Assembly (NCBI GenBank): GCA_051530055.1 | Contig: JBMGUZ010000027.1 | Span: forward strand, 1 to 34,200 | From: Neoechinorhynchus agilis | Lineage: Eukaryota; Animalia; Acanthocephala | DNA length: 34,200 nucleotides | Reading direction: 5' to 3' | Part shown: piece after piece, positions 20,262 through 32,459 of the stretch | Layout of the letters: each line of letters opens with the position of its first letter | Numbering within the stretch: the stretch's first letter is position 1 | The notes under the pieces: model-generated | Database searches by the model: none | The model's input: only the letters and a program-made list of their open reading frames with translations | What the model was told of the DNA's origin: nothing | Translations under genes and position numbers: made by a program

Positions 20262-22180
20262 TTACTTATAGAAATTATTTGGATGGCATAGTTTACGGTT
20301 TTGGATTGCACTAATAATTTTTGGACAGAGGGGCTTATGAACCGTTGTTTGTAATACTCCCGAGAAACCCATTTCATTATTAGGGGAATTACCATTATTT
20401 ATAGGGGCTAATACTACAGTAATGTAATCCAAGTTTTCAATAAGGGGTTGTTCCCCTGTCTCCTGCATACAAAAAATTTCGTAGTCCCAATTTATCGCCT
20501 GTTTCAAGAAATTAGATAATGTTGAAATTTTCGAAATATTATATGTTATAATATTAAAATTATGATTTAGGTAATTTATGGGCCTTATCGTATTAAATTA
20601 TGTTTGATCATGAGGTTTTCCCCCTCTTACCTCCCGTGCTTCCATTTTTATTTGATATTATGTTCCCTCCCCTGTTCTTTTTTTGTAATTTGCTTTTCTG
20701 GTTGCGCCACTTTTCCACTGTTACCAGAGGTAATTACTATTTCCTCTATATCTGAACTTGATTCTAATGAAGCTTCACTGCCTTCTCGCTTTCTTAGTTC
20801 CGCCTTTAAACTCCCGTTTTCCTTCTGCAGTTCGTCTATTTTTTTATCTTTTTTGTCAATTTCACCTATTAATACTACCATTTTTTCGTTCAATTCTTTT
20901 ATCTTACTTGCTAGGGACTGCACCTCTCTCTCTAAATACCTATCTTCATTGATTTCGGGCCAGGAAGTCTGGTTGTGCTTAAATCCTACCCAGTCATTCC
21001 CTGAAGATGTGTCCTTGTTGACACTTTTCCAATATCTTATAACGGCAGGACATACTCTCCTGATACCTTGATGCCCTGCTCCGCAGTTAGGGCAACACAG
21101 TCTATTATTGCTACTACATTGTTCCTTACCATGGTTTTCTGAGCAAAACATACATTTGATTTCGTTATTGCACTCCCAGGTTCTGTGCCCACATTGACAA
21201 CACTTTTCGCATTGGGTTAGAATGAAATCATGTATTGATGTTTTATTTTGACTTGGAAATTCTATCCAGTAAGCCAAAAACGGAAAATTCCGCCCTTTAA
21301 TTTTATTAATCGTGTCTTGGGTTCCCGCAGCTAAAATCGCATTATGGATCTATTGTTGGATTTTTTCTTAAATATTTATTTGGGTCAACGCCAAACACCT
21401 TTCATATTTCCTGGAACTCTTCCTTACTGAGGTCTGGGGGTGGATTAAGCATAAGAAGAGTAGATCTCGGAGATATATCGTCAAGTGTAATTTTCTTTTC
21501 CTCAAAAATTCCTTTAAAACTTTTTAAGCCCTCCATTCCGAAGAAAAAAACAAAAACTACCCATTTGGTGTTCACCGCTTTTTTAATTTGGAATACCTGC
21601 TGTTTCGTAAGCTTACTAGGTTCCAAGAACTTTTTATAATATTCCTTTATTAGACAGTTTATCGTAAAAGTTCCCAAGTTTTCTCTTTTTACTCTTATTC
21701 AGAAGTCCTCTTTTAGTCTAGGCAATCTCTGGAATGCTGTTCCCATCCTCAAGTTACCCAAATCATGATGGGGGGCCGAGAACCCATTATTCTTGAGACG
21801 CGCAGTCTCATATTCACCCCTTTGCCGACTGTAGACTTGGTGAGGGTCCGAAAAAAACGTTATCCGTCATAGCCACCACATCTTCTTTATTTTCTGAGCA
21901 GTTTTCCTTCAGATTCCTTCTTTGGTGGGGGGGCAGAAAAACATTACCATCAATAACCACCTTTTTCTCGGGGTAACTTGGATACCGCACGCACTCATAA
22001 CTAACCTTAGCAGGATCCTCATCCACTTCCATTCCTCTTTCTAGAGAAGGTTCCTTCGCATTATCAAAATCAACCTCCATCTAACCCCCTCATCGGTCAT
22101 CTGGAGGATCGGGGTTGCATAAATCTCTATTATTCGAAATTTGTGTCAGAGCGCAGTTTTTTAACAAAAAAATTGCGCGA
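20262..22180 (-). mobile_element. I/Jockey-type LINE: decayed ORF1 with three CCHC knuckles plus start of APE endonuclease, 3'-truncated
   Basis: QCEKCCQCGHRTWEC, KCMFCSENHGKEQC, CCPNCGAGHQGIRRVC followed by a coiled coil; next ORF contains DYEIFCMQET (APE LQET motif); no RT follows. Confidence 0.85.
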
Positions 22181-23083
22181 CATGTCCGAATCAAGTGTAA
22201 TTATTGGGGTTTCGATTATAAACCATCATAAAATACAAACCTTTAATAGCAAGGTCTAGCGAAATACTACTTAACTTTCCAGCTGCATGATTGATCAAAT
22301 TTAATTTTTAATTGACACTTGGGTTCGCCGTAGCAATGATAAAGACAAATAAAATGTTAATTTTGAGCTTAATTAAGAAGAGTAACGGTGTATGTTTGCG
22401 GTTGATTGCAGTAAGCTAAAGTTGAACGATCTAATGCTAAATTAGTAACGGGCCAAGATCTTCATAGACATTTTTCGTGCATTGAACACAAGACTTTCTA
22501 ATGAAGTGCTTCACGCAAGACTATTTTTATATTCCAAATTTATCAAACTTTATCTTTAAATGGACACTTGGGAGGGCTGTTCTAGTGATAAATAAAAATA
22601 AAATGTTAATTCTCGAGCGTGCGAATCCATCGAACAAACAAAACCAGAGAAACCAAAGAAACATTGAAGAGGATGGATAAATGATGAATGGCGGGTCGTT
22701 TGTCAAGATTTAGAATTGGGAGTGTGTTACTTGAGAGATTTTCGCTTTTAGAAAAAATTTCATGGCAATACTATACAAAAAATCTACCGGACCTCAACAT
22801 TACTCATAAAATTACGTTGGAAGAATAAAAACACATAAATATTCAGAGCTATAAAAAACAAAAATATAATCGTCAAGTGTTTGTACCAGTATAATAAACA
22901 AACACAAATGTTTGTCAATAAAAACAAACCTAGACGCAATAAAGTAAACTGAGTATATCTCCCTTTCTATCAATGCGACAACAACGATCAACATATGAAG
23001 CGGAGTTTGTGACACACACAGGAAAGATAAAGCCTCACGAAAGTCTCTATGGAATGTATTGAACACGAATCACCACAAAAACG

Positions 23084-24617
23084 ATGGATATCATTCGACT
23101 AATAACAATTGCCCTAATTGCTACCATGATTCACCTCGTTGCAGGATTACCTTCACAAAGTGATTACATCAACACACAAATTCCGAACAACTTTTCAGTA
23201 AAATTTGAGCCTCACAACGCCGGAAAACAAGATGACTATAATTCCGACCTTTATTGCAATCAATATATTTTAACATTTTGTCAGCCAAATAGCAGAAAAT
23301 CTTCAACAGCCCAACCAACGACTATGGAGGAGACAACAATCACAGAGGAAACAATCACAGAGGAGACTACCACAACAGAGCAAATAGCGAACTCAGAGGA
23401 AATACCAAAAACACAGGATACAACAACGGAGGAAACAACTACGGAGGCGACTAGCACAGCAGAGGAAACAACAACAGAGGAAACAACAACAGAGGAAACA
23501 ACTACGGAGGAGACTAGCACATCAGAGGAAACATCCACTGAAGAGACCACCAATGGGGAGACCACTACAGAAGCAACAACCACAGAGGAAATAGCAAATT
23601 CAGAGGAAATAGAAAAAACACAGGATACCACAACAGAGGAAACAACTACGGAGGAGACTAGCACATCAGAGGAAACATCCACTGAAGAGACCACCAACGG
23701 GGAGACCACTACAGAAGCAACAACTACAGATGAAATAGCAAATTCAGAGGAAATAGAAAAAACACAGGATACCACAACAGAGGAAACAACTACGGAGGAG
23801 ACTAGCACATCAGAGGAAACATCCACTGAAGAGACCACCAAGGGGAGACCACTACAGAAGCAACAACTACAGATGAAATGGCAAATTCAGAAGAAATGCA
23901 AAAACACAGGATACCACAACAGAGGATACATCTACTGAGGAGACCCGCACTACAGAGGAAACAACAACAAAGGATGCTACCACAGCAGAAGAAACATTCA
24001 CTGAAAAGACCACCAATGAGGAGACCACTACAAAAGCAACAACAACAACCCCAGAGCAGGCTACTACAACAGAGGAAATATCAAGCCCAGGGGAAATAAC
24101 AAAAACAGAAGAAACAACAACAGAGGAAAGAACTATGGAGGTGATTACAACAACAGAGGAGACCACCACTACTGAAGAAGCAACAACAGAAGAGAGCTCG
24201 ACTACAGAAGAAACAACTGATGAGGCGACCACAACGACAGAGGAATCAAATACGGAGGAGACCACAACCACAGAGGAGACTTTCACTACTGAAACAACAA
24301 CCGCAGATGAGACTACTACTTCCGAGGGAATAACATTCACAGCGGAGACTAACACTTCAGAGGAAAGAACTACTGAGGAGGGCGAAAACGGCTACGAGGA
24401 CGGCGATAATGATAGCAGAGATGACGGTTGGGATGATGACGACAATGAAGTACAGGATGACGACGATGACCGTATTGATGAATACGACGATGACGGCAGT
24501 GAGGAATATGACGATGACCGTAGTGATGAATACGACTATGACGACGAAAGTAGCGATGAATACGACTATGATGACGACTATGATGTCAGCAATGTTCAAA
24601 AAACGGTGCACGGATGA
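23084..24617 (+). pseudogene. Second copy of the mucin-like gene, frameshifted
   Basis: Same signal peptide, N-domain and C-terminus as 12948-14840; single-base losses near 23840 and 23897 end the ORF at 23938; acidic tail resumes in 24135-24617; contains a near-perfect 144-bp repeat (starts 23501, 23645, 23789). Confidence 0.85.
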
Positions 24618-24839
24618 AGGTGCGAAACCGAAAGTGGCTTCGTTCAGTCATTAGTTAAGACCATCCTTAGCTACAAATTAAATTAGCCATAGTGATAGAT
24701 TTTACGTGGAAATAATTTACGATTTTCAAGTAAACCCCAGAATAAAATCATAATAGCGTGAACTGCTGCTTGGTTTCCCAGTCGCAGGTTTAATCACTCT
24801 TTTTATATACTCTGACAATCGACCGTAACAAGATTTTCA

Positions 24840-25665
24840 TTATTTTGGCCGAGCCTTCGTCGTTTTACGAGTTCGACAGGGTCGTCTAAAACACGAGGTG
24901 GACATATTATGCCAACACACAATAACATCATGGACGGAGGTGTGTCTATATTTCCTCATCCCCTTGTTGAGCACCTTCACGAGTCACCCTTTTCGTCTCA
25001 CAAGAGAGATCAGCAGTTCCTCCGTGATCGCCAAATCCACCGGATCCTGGGAAATATACCCAATATCCGTGGAAAGCTGTATTTCCCCGTCCGGATGACC
25101 ACGCAAATAATGCTCGGCCCATGGTGTCGTTTGGTACGATGGTGCATTGAGGTTCAGCGCATTGCGGACGTGTCCAGTGACGCGTTTGTACAACGGTCGT
25201 TCTGTTTTCCCGATATAAAAAACTTTCGATTGGCATCTGCCTTGCATCGTTCACACGAGATTTAATAAACGGCGTTGCTACGGCTACAAAGAGATACTTC
25301 TCGTTCTCCTTTCTTGTCCCTGCTTGTGCCCGGCGAATAGCTGCACACCATGCATGATTTTGGACATTCACTGGGCGATTCATGATGCCCTTTCCTCGTC
25401 AGTATTCGGCGCAGGGTGGGTGCATTTCGGTATACTAAGCGTACATCCAGTCCCGACTTTTGCAGCAGTCGTTTAACGTCGCTCGTAAATTGCTCGCTGA
25501 CAAACGGTATCTTCAGAATCGGCTTGACGTCGGACTGATTCTTCGTAAAAACCATCGCTTCCTTGCTGATTTACCCTTTCTGAACGCATTTGAAGCTGCT
25601 TGATTTCCTTACTTGAATACCCATTATCAGCAAATAAATAATTGACCTTCTGAACTGCTGAACGG
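24840..25665 (-). mobile_element. Penelope-like element 3b fragment with GIY-YIG and decayed hammerhead at 24847-24883
   Basis: LKIPFVSEQ...CPKSCMVC...KVFYIGKTERPLYKRVTGH...WAEHYL...LAITEELLI; minus-strand GACC-CTGTCGA-A-CTCG(TAAAA)CGAC-GAAGGCTC-GGCC. Confidence 0.9.
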
Positions 25666-25687
25666 TCAACAAGTTAATTTAGCCTTA

Positions 25688-26059
25688 AGGAATCGAAATA
25701 TTGGGACGGATGGCACCAATGCAGACGGGGGCGCCAATAGCGACAGTGGCACCAATGTGGATTGGACGAAGACTGACGGCGGCACCGACACTGGGTTTAC
25801 CGGGCGTGACGAAGCCATTAAGAGCTACGTCTCGGCAATGCGAGTGACGGCATTATTCCTTTATCAATCACATTTATCAACCTTTTTAGCTGTAGTTCTC
25901 GCTATTAAATCTAAACCTGCTAACCTCAACATTGTCAAATTACCTAATCCAGTAGTCGCTCCTTCAATGTTAAAGTTGGGAATGTCCTGGGATCAAACTT
26001 TAATGATGGGTGGATCCTCTGGGGAGACGCGTGCCATTTTAATCGGTGCAAAACAATAA
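25688..26059 (+). repeat. Third, less deleted copy of the sequence forming the 7789-8049 foldback
   Basis: Matches the arms (GACAGTGGCACCAATGTGGATTGGACGAAGACTGACGGCGG) and both parts of the loop (GAAGCCATTAA..GCTACGTCTC and ACCTGCTAACCTCAA); open frame continues to 26059. Confidence 0.85.
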
Positions 26060-27575
26060 TCCCCATGATTATTTTTTAAAAAGTTTTAAAAAATAGCACG
26101 TATTTTGGATATTGAATAGAACATTGATAGTACAAAATCTTCGCCTGGATACAACTCAGATTTATTCGTTTTTAAAGGACCTTTAATCAAACTACAAGAC
26201 CAACATTTACTACGAATACCCTAAGGCACAAATGAGGACAAGAAACGTTCATCTAGAACATTTCACACTACCGATAAATCTTAAAGAATTCGGCAATGCA
26301 ATAAATTGATTTCACTAATTATGTAATAAATTTTTAAAAGAAAATTGGAATAACGACGTTTCCAATAATTTCTAGGAATATTACATACAATGAGGCGTTT
26401 AGATGCCGTCGCGGAAACGAAGGCAATAATCTACAGCTCTGGTTCCATACTTCATTCCCATAAAATGAATGCAAATGAAATTTGATTTCTTCATTGTGCT
26501 TTTCTGATCGATTTGTCGTACGGTTGTTGAGCATTAAAGCAATTGTAAGCGGCTTAGAAGCGCAGCTCGCAATGGAAAGTTTGCAAAGAAGCAAAACAAA
26601 TTTACTGTTTTCTGCCAATCGCTATGCCTTCTTTCAATTTACGAGAATATCTTAACAAGAACGTATCTCGCTTTAAGTCCGACTGAATATATAAAAAAAT
26701 TTAAATGAAATTGGGATTTATAGATAATGATGTGTTTACGAGTACAAAGGAGGACTTCAAGGAAACTGGCATTGTTTTTGAGAAATCATTGAAACGATAT
26801 GAACACTGCCGATAGCTCGTATGGAGCTAAAAAAATCGTGGTTTCTCATTTGAGTAATTTTTCCTTCGGCAGTGTTTTTGGCGATGGTCAATGAACCAAT
26901 TGAAATGTTTAATAACAAACATTGAAAACTTCAAAAAGATTACTTACAATGAAGCGCTAAGACGCCTTCAAATCGGTTCGAAGCTTCTACCACCCGCACC
27001 TAAATCGCTCGATTCATCGGAGAACAAAACAGAACGACGCGAGGAAAGCGGATGCAGCGCAATACAAAACGGACGGCAATTTGAAAGGTACGAAAAAACA
27101 GAAGAATTCACGGGTCGTGTAATTATTTGGCACACGCTATAATTTTTCAAAAAAATTAATTTGTGAAATGTAGCAATGTAGTCTTCTTGCTCGATGTCTT
27201 TCCAACACCAACCAACAAAACAAAACCACCAAAAAAAAAAAATCAAATTGGTAGCTATTTCGTTCGTTTACTAAGGTGTCACGTAAAAAAGTTCATCTTT
27301 GAACTGGCAGACAGCTTCAAGTTTTCTCGAATAGAAACTAACAATCGATTTTAAAACCGTTTCGATCGCAAATATTTAAGAATCATAGTTTCAACCGCCT
27401 AATCGTCCACATCGTCTTCCGGAATATTGTGCACTCGAATTATTCGAGCTTCTGGAATCTTCAGGTCGACAGCTAGCATCCACAACAACAACTTTCTTCA
27501 TGCTTTTCCCTTCTCGAGGTCGCACAAAAACTAGCAGTACTAAGACTTCACACACCCCTCCGCCCTGTTTCTCTC

Positions 27576-27885
27576 TTAAATGTCGATCCCCAGCCACACT
27601 TTCTTTTCATAGTTTTTTCGGCCTTCCGCGCTCCCTTCGATTTCAATTTCCCCAACTTTTCGAATAAATCGATTCGGCTTTTCACCTTTTACCATATAGC
27701 TCCATTTGATAATCTGTTTCGCGATAGCTTCCTTCACGTCCTCCACCTTCGCTGAGCCCCGGGCCGTATTATTTGGAATAATGTCTTGCCTGGTCACTCC
27801 ACACATCCACTTAATCATGTTCATTTGATTTGCAGTGGTGTTCCATTTCTCCGCCCCATATAACATGGCTGGTCTGGTTGCTGGG
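27576..27885 (-). mobile_element. RTE-type LINE, C-terminal fragment
   Basis: RPAMLYGAEKW...MIKWMCGVTRQDIIPN...V...IIKW matches the RTE post-RT pattern RPAMLYGxExW...MLRWMxGVTRxDRIRN. Confidence 0.8.
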
Positions 27886-28700
27886 ATGAAGGTCATTTAG
27901 AAAAATGTCAAAGAGGAGACAAGAAAGTACGACGCCTTTGGGGACCCCTTTAAATATGAGCAGAGAAGCAAGAAGTTCCACATTGGATATATTGTTCGCG
28001 GTTGGATAGGAAAAAGGAAATCCAAGCGAGTTGTCAAGTTGGGAGGCCAAAGAAAGCACATGATTGGAGGAGAATGGAGTGATCTACCGACTCAAACGCC
28101 CTGGAAATATCCAGTTGCACGAGACAAACGGTTGATGCTGCACTGGAATCTAAGCTGCGCACAAGCGTATCGTAGATGCAGAGGAGGGCATCAGGACAAG
28201 AGCAATTGGGACGGAAAGCGAATTGGGAAGGGGAGATGTTTTTGAGGAAGAAGGGAAATAGACGGGTTTTAAAACATTTTTCTAGGATTCTAGAGAAAGG
28301 TGAGAGGATAGAGATAGGACCAAAGGATGTGGGGAAATCGGCTTATCGTTTTTGGGTAGCGGGACGGCACGGGCTCGGGAGACGTTCGTTTGGGTTGAGA
28401 TTAATAATAACACGTTTACTATGTTTGTTAGCTAAAAGGAATTGAACCCATGCACCTTTGGGTCCTCTTATTCCCTCGGGCCAACGAAATCGGCTATAGA
28501 AGATAGTTGGAAACAGCAAAAACAAGAACCATAATGTTCTACTGAAGATTGCTGCGCGGGATATCGGAACTGTTCGGTGCATGAAGGACACGGAGCGTTT
28601 AGCCTGAGGAACTTTTTCTTATGAAACAAATTGCTGTTCCGTTCGAGAGCATATAAACGAAGACCTGACGAATCCGAGTGGGCAACGACGTCGCCCAATG
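27883..28700 (-). mobile_element. Partial second copy of the CR1/L2-type LINE (RT segment, possibly joined to an ORF1 end)
   Basis: 27883-28375 is highly similar to 31092-31553 (GVPKGVVLSCLLFDIFLNDL); the upstream frame has FRWPEGIRG, resembling the WPxGV end of CR1/L2 ORF1 (weak). Confidence 0.75.
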
Positions 28701-29048
28701 TAGTTTTGTATTAGTATTATTGATATTCATTTACTAGACAGATTTACGTATTGGCCATTAATAGGACGTTCTTAAAGTGAAATATTCTGAAGAACACGCT
28801 ACTTGAAAACTGATCAAAGACAACAATATTCGTTGTCATTTCCAGTGCACTCTTCCAATTGTATTTCATACCACTTAGAAACTGATTTTTGCCGAGTTCT
28901 TCACCGGTGATAATAGATTGTCATTTTTAGCTTATAATGAACTATTGGGCGTGCTTATTTAAAACCTTGGTGCAGCTTAGTAAAATCAATAAATATCAAC
29001 ATTATTTTTGTCGATATGTGATATATAGGGGAGGGTAATGTGATTAGA

Positions 29049-29215
29049 GAATTATTGTTTTTAAGTATATAATCGCGGTAAATGATTATTCATTAAAAAG
29101 ACGTTCTGCGAACCTCATCCGGAACAAACTGATGATGAGATTACGGTGACGTTCGCAGAACGTCTTTAATCGAAATAATCATTTACCGCAGATGTAGACC
29201 TCAAAACAATAATTC
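29049..29215. mobile_element. MITE-like hairpin
   Basis: Perfect 16-bp pairs 29075-29090/29174-29189 and 29098-29113/29151-29166, plus outer pairing GAATTATTGTTTT/AAAACAATAATTC. Confidence 0.7.
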
Positions 29216-29699
29216 CAACATTATTTTTGCCTTTTGAAATAAAACCGTCGTTTATTAACGAACACTAATCTAGCGGTGGTGTGAATGATCTTATGGCTTA
29301 ATCTGAAACTATACAAAGAGCGTTATTATTGGGAAAAAGTCAGGGAATAATAAAGTTTATCGTCTCCGTTTCATCTGCGCTGCAGTCGCATTCATTTCTT
29401 AAGCTGCAAAGATTTCCAACCAGGATCTTTTTTCGTTGCGGAATTTAGTATCTGATACTGATCGCTGTAAGAAGGAGGAAAAGGGGCGTTAAAGATCTTT
29501 TATCCTTTTAACTTTATTGATAGTGTAGGAGCAAATATTATCCCTGTAAATATTTTGCCATTGTTTGTTTATTTGTTTTTACCCGATGATGGCGATGTTT
29601 TTAGGTAAAAAGTCGATCGGTTTCGATACCGCCTATTCGTTTCTCAATGTTTCCACGATCATTTGGCGGTCAAGATCGCCTTCCTCCTCGTTATTCCGA

Positions 29700-29993
29700 T
29701 CAAGGTTCTTCATCGCGAGCTTCCTCCACTTCCGGCTCAGGTTCTCTCTTTTCCATCTGAATATCCTGATCATTTTTGCCAAGCAATGCTTTGTGAACGT
29801 GGGAAATCACCCCACCACCGGCAATGGTCGCTCTGATCAAAACGTCTAATTCTTCATCACCACGGATCGCCAACAGAAGATACCTAGGTGAAATTCTCTT
29901 AACTTTCAACGGAAATTTCAATCCAGCTCTCGGATATCGACTTACTGCACGTTTACGCAGTTTCCCACTTTCTGCTGTTTTTACATGAACCAT
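29700..29993 (-). pseudogene. H2A.Z (H2A.V)-derived ORF with in-frame deletion of the histone-fold core and an acidic C-terminal extension, 97 aa
   Basis: [21 protein letters not shown] joined directly to [45 protein letters not shown]; [15 protein letters not shown] and ATIAGGGV are H2A.Z-specific; the VGR...ASKD segment is absent. Confidence 0.85.
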
Positions 29994-30289
29994 CTTCAAC
30001 TCGTTTTATTGTTAATTCAAGTTCCCTAAGTCACCAAATAAAGATCGCAATTTTTCATTACGTGTCTTGAAACCGTCTCCAAGATCGCGTGTTTTGGCTC
30101 AGTAAACCGAATATCGGTGGCTCCACCCAAGCGATCAGGATCTTAAACTATCGATCTTCGTTCCTCTAAATCCTCTGATGATTTGTGCTCCCTTCAATTT
30201 TGGTTTACCGATATGCCTCCAAATCCTTCTAGTGATGATTATATAAGCACGTTTTATTTATGTAAAAAATGCAGGATCCACACACTTGT

Positions 30290-32400
30290 CAGCATCTATC
30301 TTTGCTGAACGGTGTCTGGATGACGGATGTTGAAGGCAAGAGAGGTGGGACTTGTTTTTGAAGGGGTGTTGATGTGCGATCGGAGGCTTTGTAAAGGAGA
30401 TGGCCGATTAGGAGTCTTTCCTTGTTCTCCGGTTATTAAGGAAAGATTGGGCTTGGGGGAAAAAAGATTTTTGGTAGAGGGTGGTACGAGCGAGGGGGGA
30501 TGAAAAAGATTGGGGTTACGGGTGTTTACGAAGGAAGAGTATTTAGAGATGAAAGAAGAAAACTGTGGAGGGGGCTGAAGATGGAGAAAATGGAGTGGAT
30601 GTGGGTGTCGAGGGGATGGAGTGAAGTCCCGCATATTCTCGCTGCTCTCTTGTAGAAGGTCTCCAGGGAATGGAGAGCATTGACGGAGAGGGAGAGGAAA
30701 GTGGGGAAAGCGTATGTAAGGATATGAAGGATGGCAGAAGGATAAAAGTGGGCAAGGTGTTTAGGGGATACGCCGAGACGCCGGAGGAGTTTGAGGAGGT
30801 AACGACGAGGGTTTACTTTAGAGAGTGTAAATTAAATGTGGGCATCCCATTTAAGGTTTTCTTAGCGTTGAATGGGGAGAGGAAGAGGCTCGGGGATAAG
30901 ATTGCGTTTGGAAATGTGGGGGACAAGCTCAAAGGATTTGGATAAATTTAGGGAGAGTTTTAGGGTTGAGAGCGAGGAAATGAGATGGTTGAGCTCGTCC
31001 ATGGTTGTCGAGAGGGAGAGAGAGAGGGAGATGCGATGGTAATGACTGTGAGGTCATCTGCATAGAGAAAACATTTTGTAGAGGGAGCGAGGGGATGAAG
31101 GTCATTTAGAAAAATGTCAAAGAGGAGACAAGAAAGTACGGCGCCTTGGGGGACCCCTTTAAATATGAGCAGAGAAGCAAGAAGTTCCACATTGGATATA
31201 TTGTTCGCGGTTGGATAGGAAAAAGGAAATCCAAGCGAGTTGCCAAGTTGGGAGGCCAAAGAAAGCACATGATTGGAGGAGAATGGAGTGATCTACCGAC
31301 TCGAACGCCCTGGAAATATCCAGTTGCACGAGACGAACGGTTGATGCTTCAACTGCAGAGGAGGGGATCAAGACAAGAGCAATTGGGACGGAAAGCGAAT
31401 TGGGAAGGGTAGATGTTTTTGAGGAAGAAGGGAAGTAGACGGGTTTTAAAACATTTTTCTAGGATTTTAGAGAAAGGTGAGAGGATAGAGATAGGACCAA
31501 AGGATGTGGGGGAAATCGGCTTATCGTTTTTGGGTAGCGGGACGACACGGGCTTCCTAAAGACACGATGGGAAGGAGCCCAGTAGAAAGCTAAGGTTCGT
31601 TAGGAGCGTTAGAGGATCGATAAGTTCCGGGATGATGAGACGAATGGCCCAATTTGGGATAGTCGAATTAGGGGAAGAATGGCGGGTCAGGCATTTAAGG
31701 ATCTCTAGGATGTCGAGGGGGGAAACTAAGGAAGTGCATGTATGAATGGGCGAGTCAGAAAGTGAGAAGGGAGGTTGGGATAATGGATTGGAGGTTTGGG
31801 ATGACAGAGGTTTTTATTCATGGAGTTAAGGATTGAGAGGAGATCAGAATAGGGGGAGATGCGGAGGGGTGGATTTACCAAGACCAGTGACATTTTTTAT
31901 TTCACGTCACCAGTTTCGATTGGGAATGGACGAGACGAGATGAGAGGAATACTTTGCGGGCTATACGGATGCGTTTCGTCAGTGTGGAGTGGAGGGAGGG
32001 GTAAGCGGGATTGCCTGACCGGAAAGCTTTGGTGACCTGCATTTGAAGGGTTTTTAGAAAAGGCGAGAACCATGGAGTGTCGCGATTCGAAATTCGTATT
32101 GTTTTGCGTGGAAAGGAGGCCTTCATCGCAGATTCTATTAGATTTAACAAAGAGCCCATTGCAATCGAGGGGTCGGGGCGCGATCCCAACAACCAATTCT
32201 AACACTAATGGTCGGCCGTTACTGGTAAAAGACCAGAGATATAGAATTGGTTCGATGCGGTATCGGACCGATGGAGAATAGTTCGATTTTTGGGTTCGGA
32301 ACCGAATTGTGAGAATAAGTCGAAAGATTTGTTCGGATTTAACTGTTCGGGGAAATATGAGCCGATGAAAAGTGCAAACTAATGCTCATGTCCCGCCGGA
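30290..32400 (-). mobile_element. CR1/L2-type LINE ORF2 remnant (linker, RT, thumb)
   Basis: DTPWFSPFLK, LDISRAFESVDHSILL, WISFFLSNREQ, GVPQGAVLSCLLFDIFLNDL, FLYADDL, LKWDAHI, YKRAARI; many frameshifts. Confidence 0.88.
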
Positions 32401-32459
32401 ATAATGTCCAGCATTGTTCTTGAAGTGTACGCATGGACCAGGTAAGTCCGTGGATAAAA

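Larger units (their letters stand above)
22682..25665. repeat. Segmental duplication, copy 2
   Basis: Direct repeat of 12577-15461, ~10.1 kb downstream. Confidence 0.95.

Noticed and set aside
20604-21071. 155-aa Ser/Phe-rich plus-strand ORF
   Set aside because: Antisense shadow of the Lys/Glu-rich LINE ORF1.
26334-27354. Several 60-95 aa ORFs on both strands
   Set aside because: No recognisable motif or consistent splice model; may be decayed exons but unsupported.
28666-28700. CTGACGA-ATCC...GGG...ACGTC hammerhead-like string
   Set aside because: No GAAA, stem I does not pair, and it lies within LINE-derived sequence.
29128-29185. CTGATGA...GAAA inside the 29.1-kb hairpin
   Set aside because: Stems I and III do not form; the pairing is explained by the larger inverted repeat.
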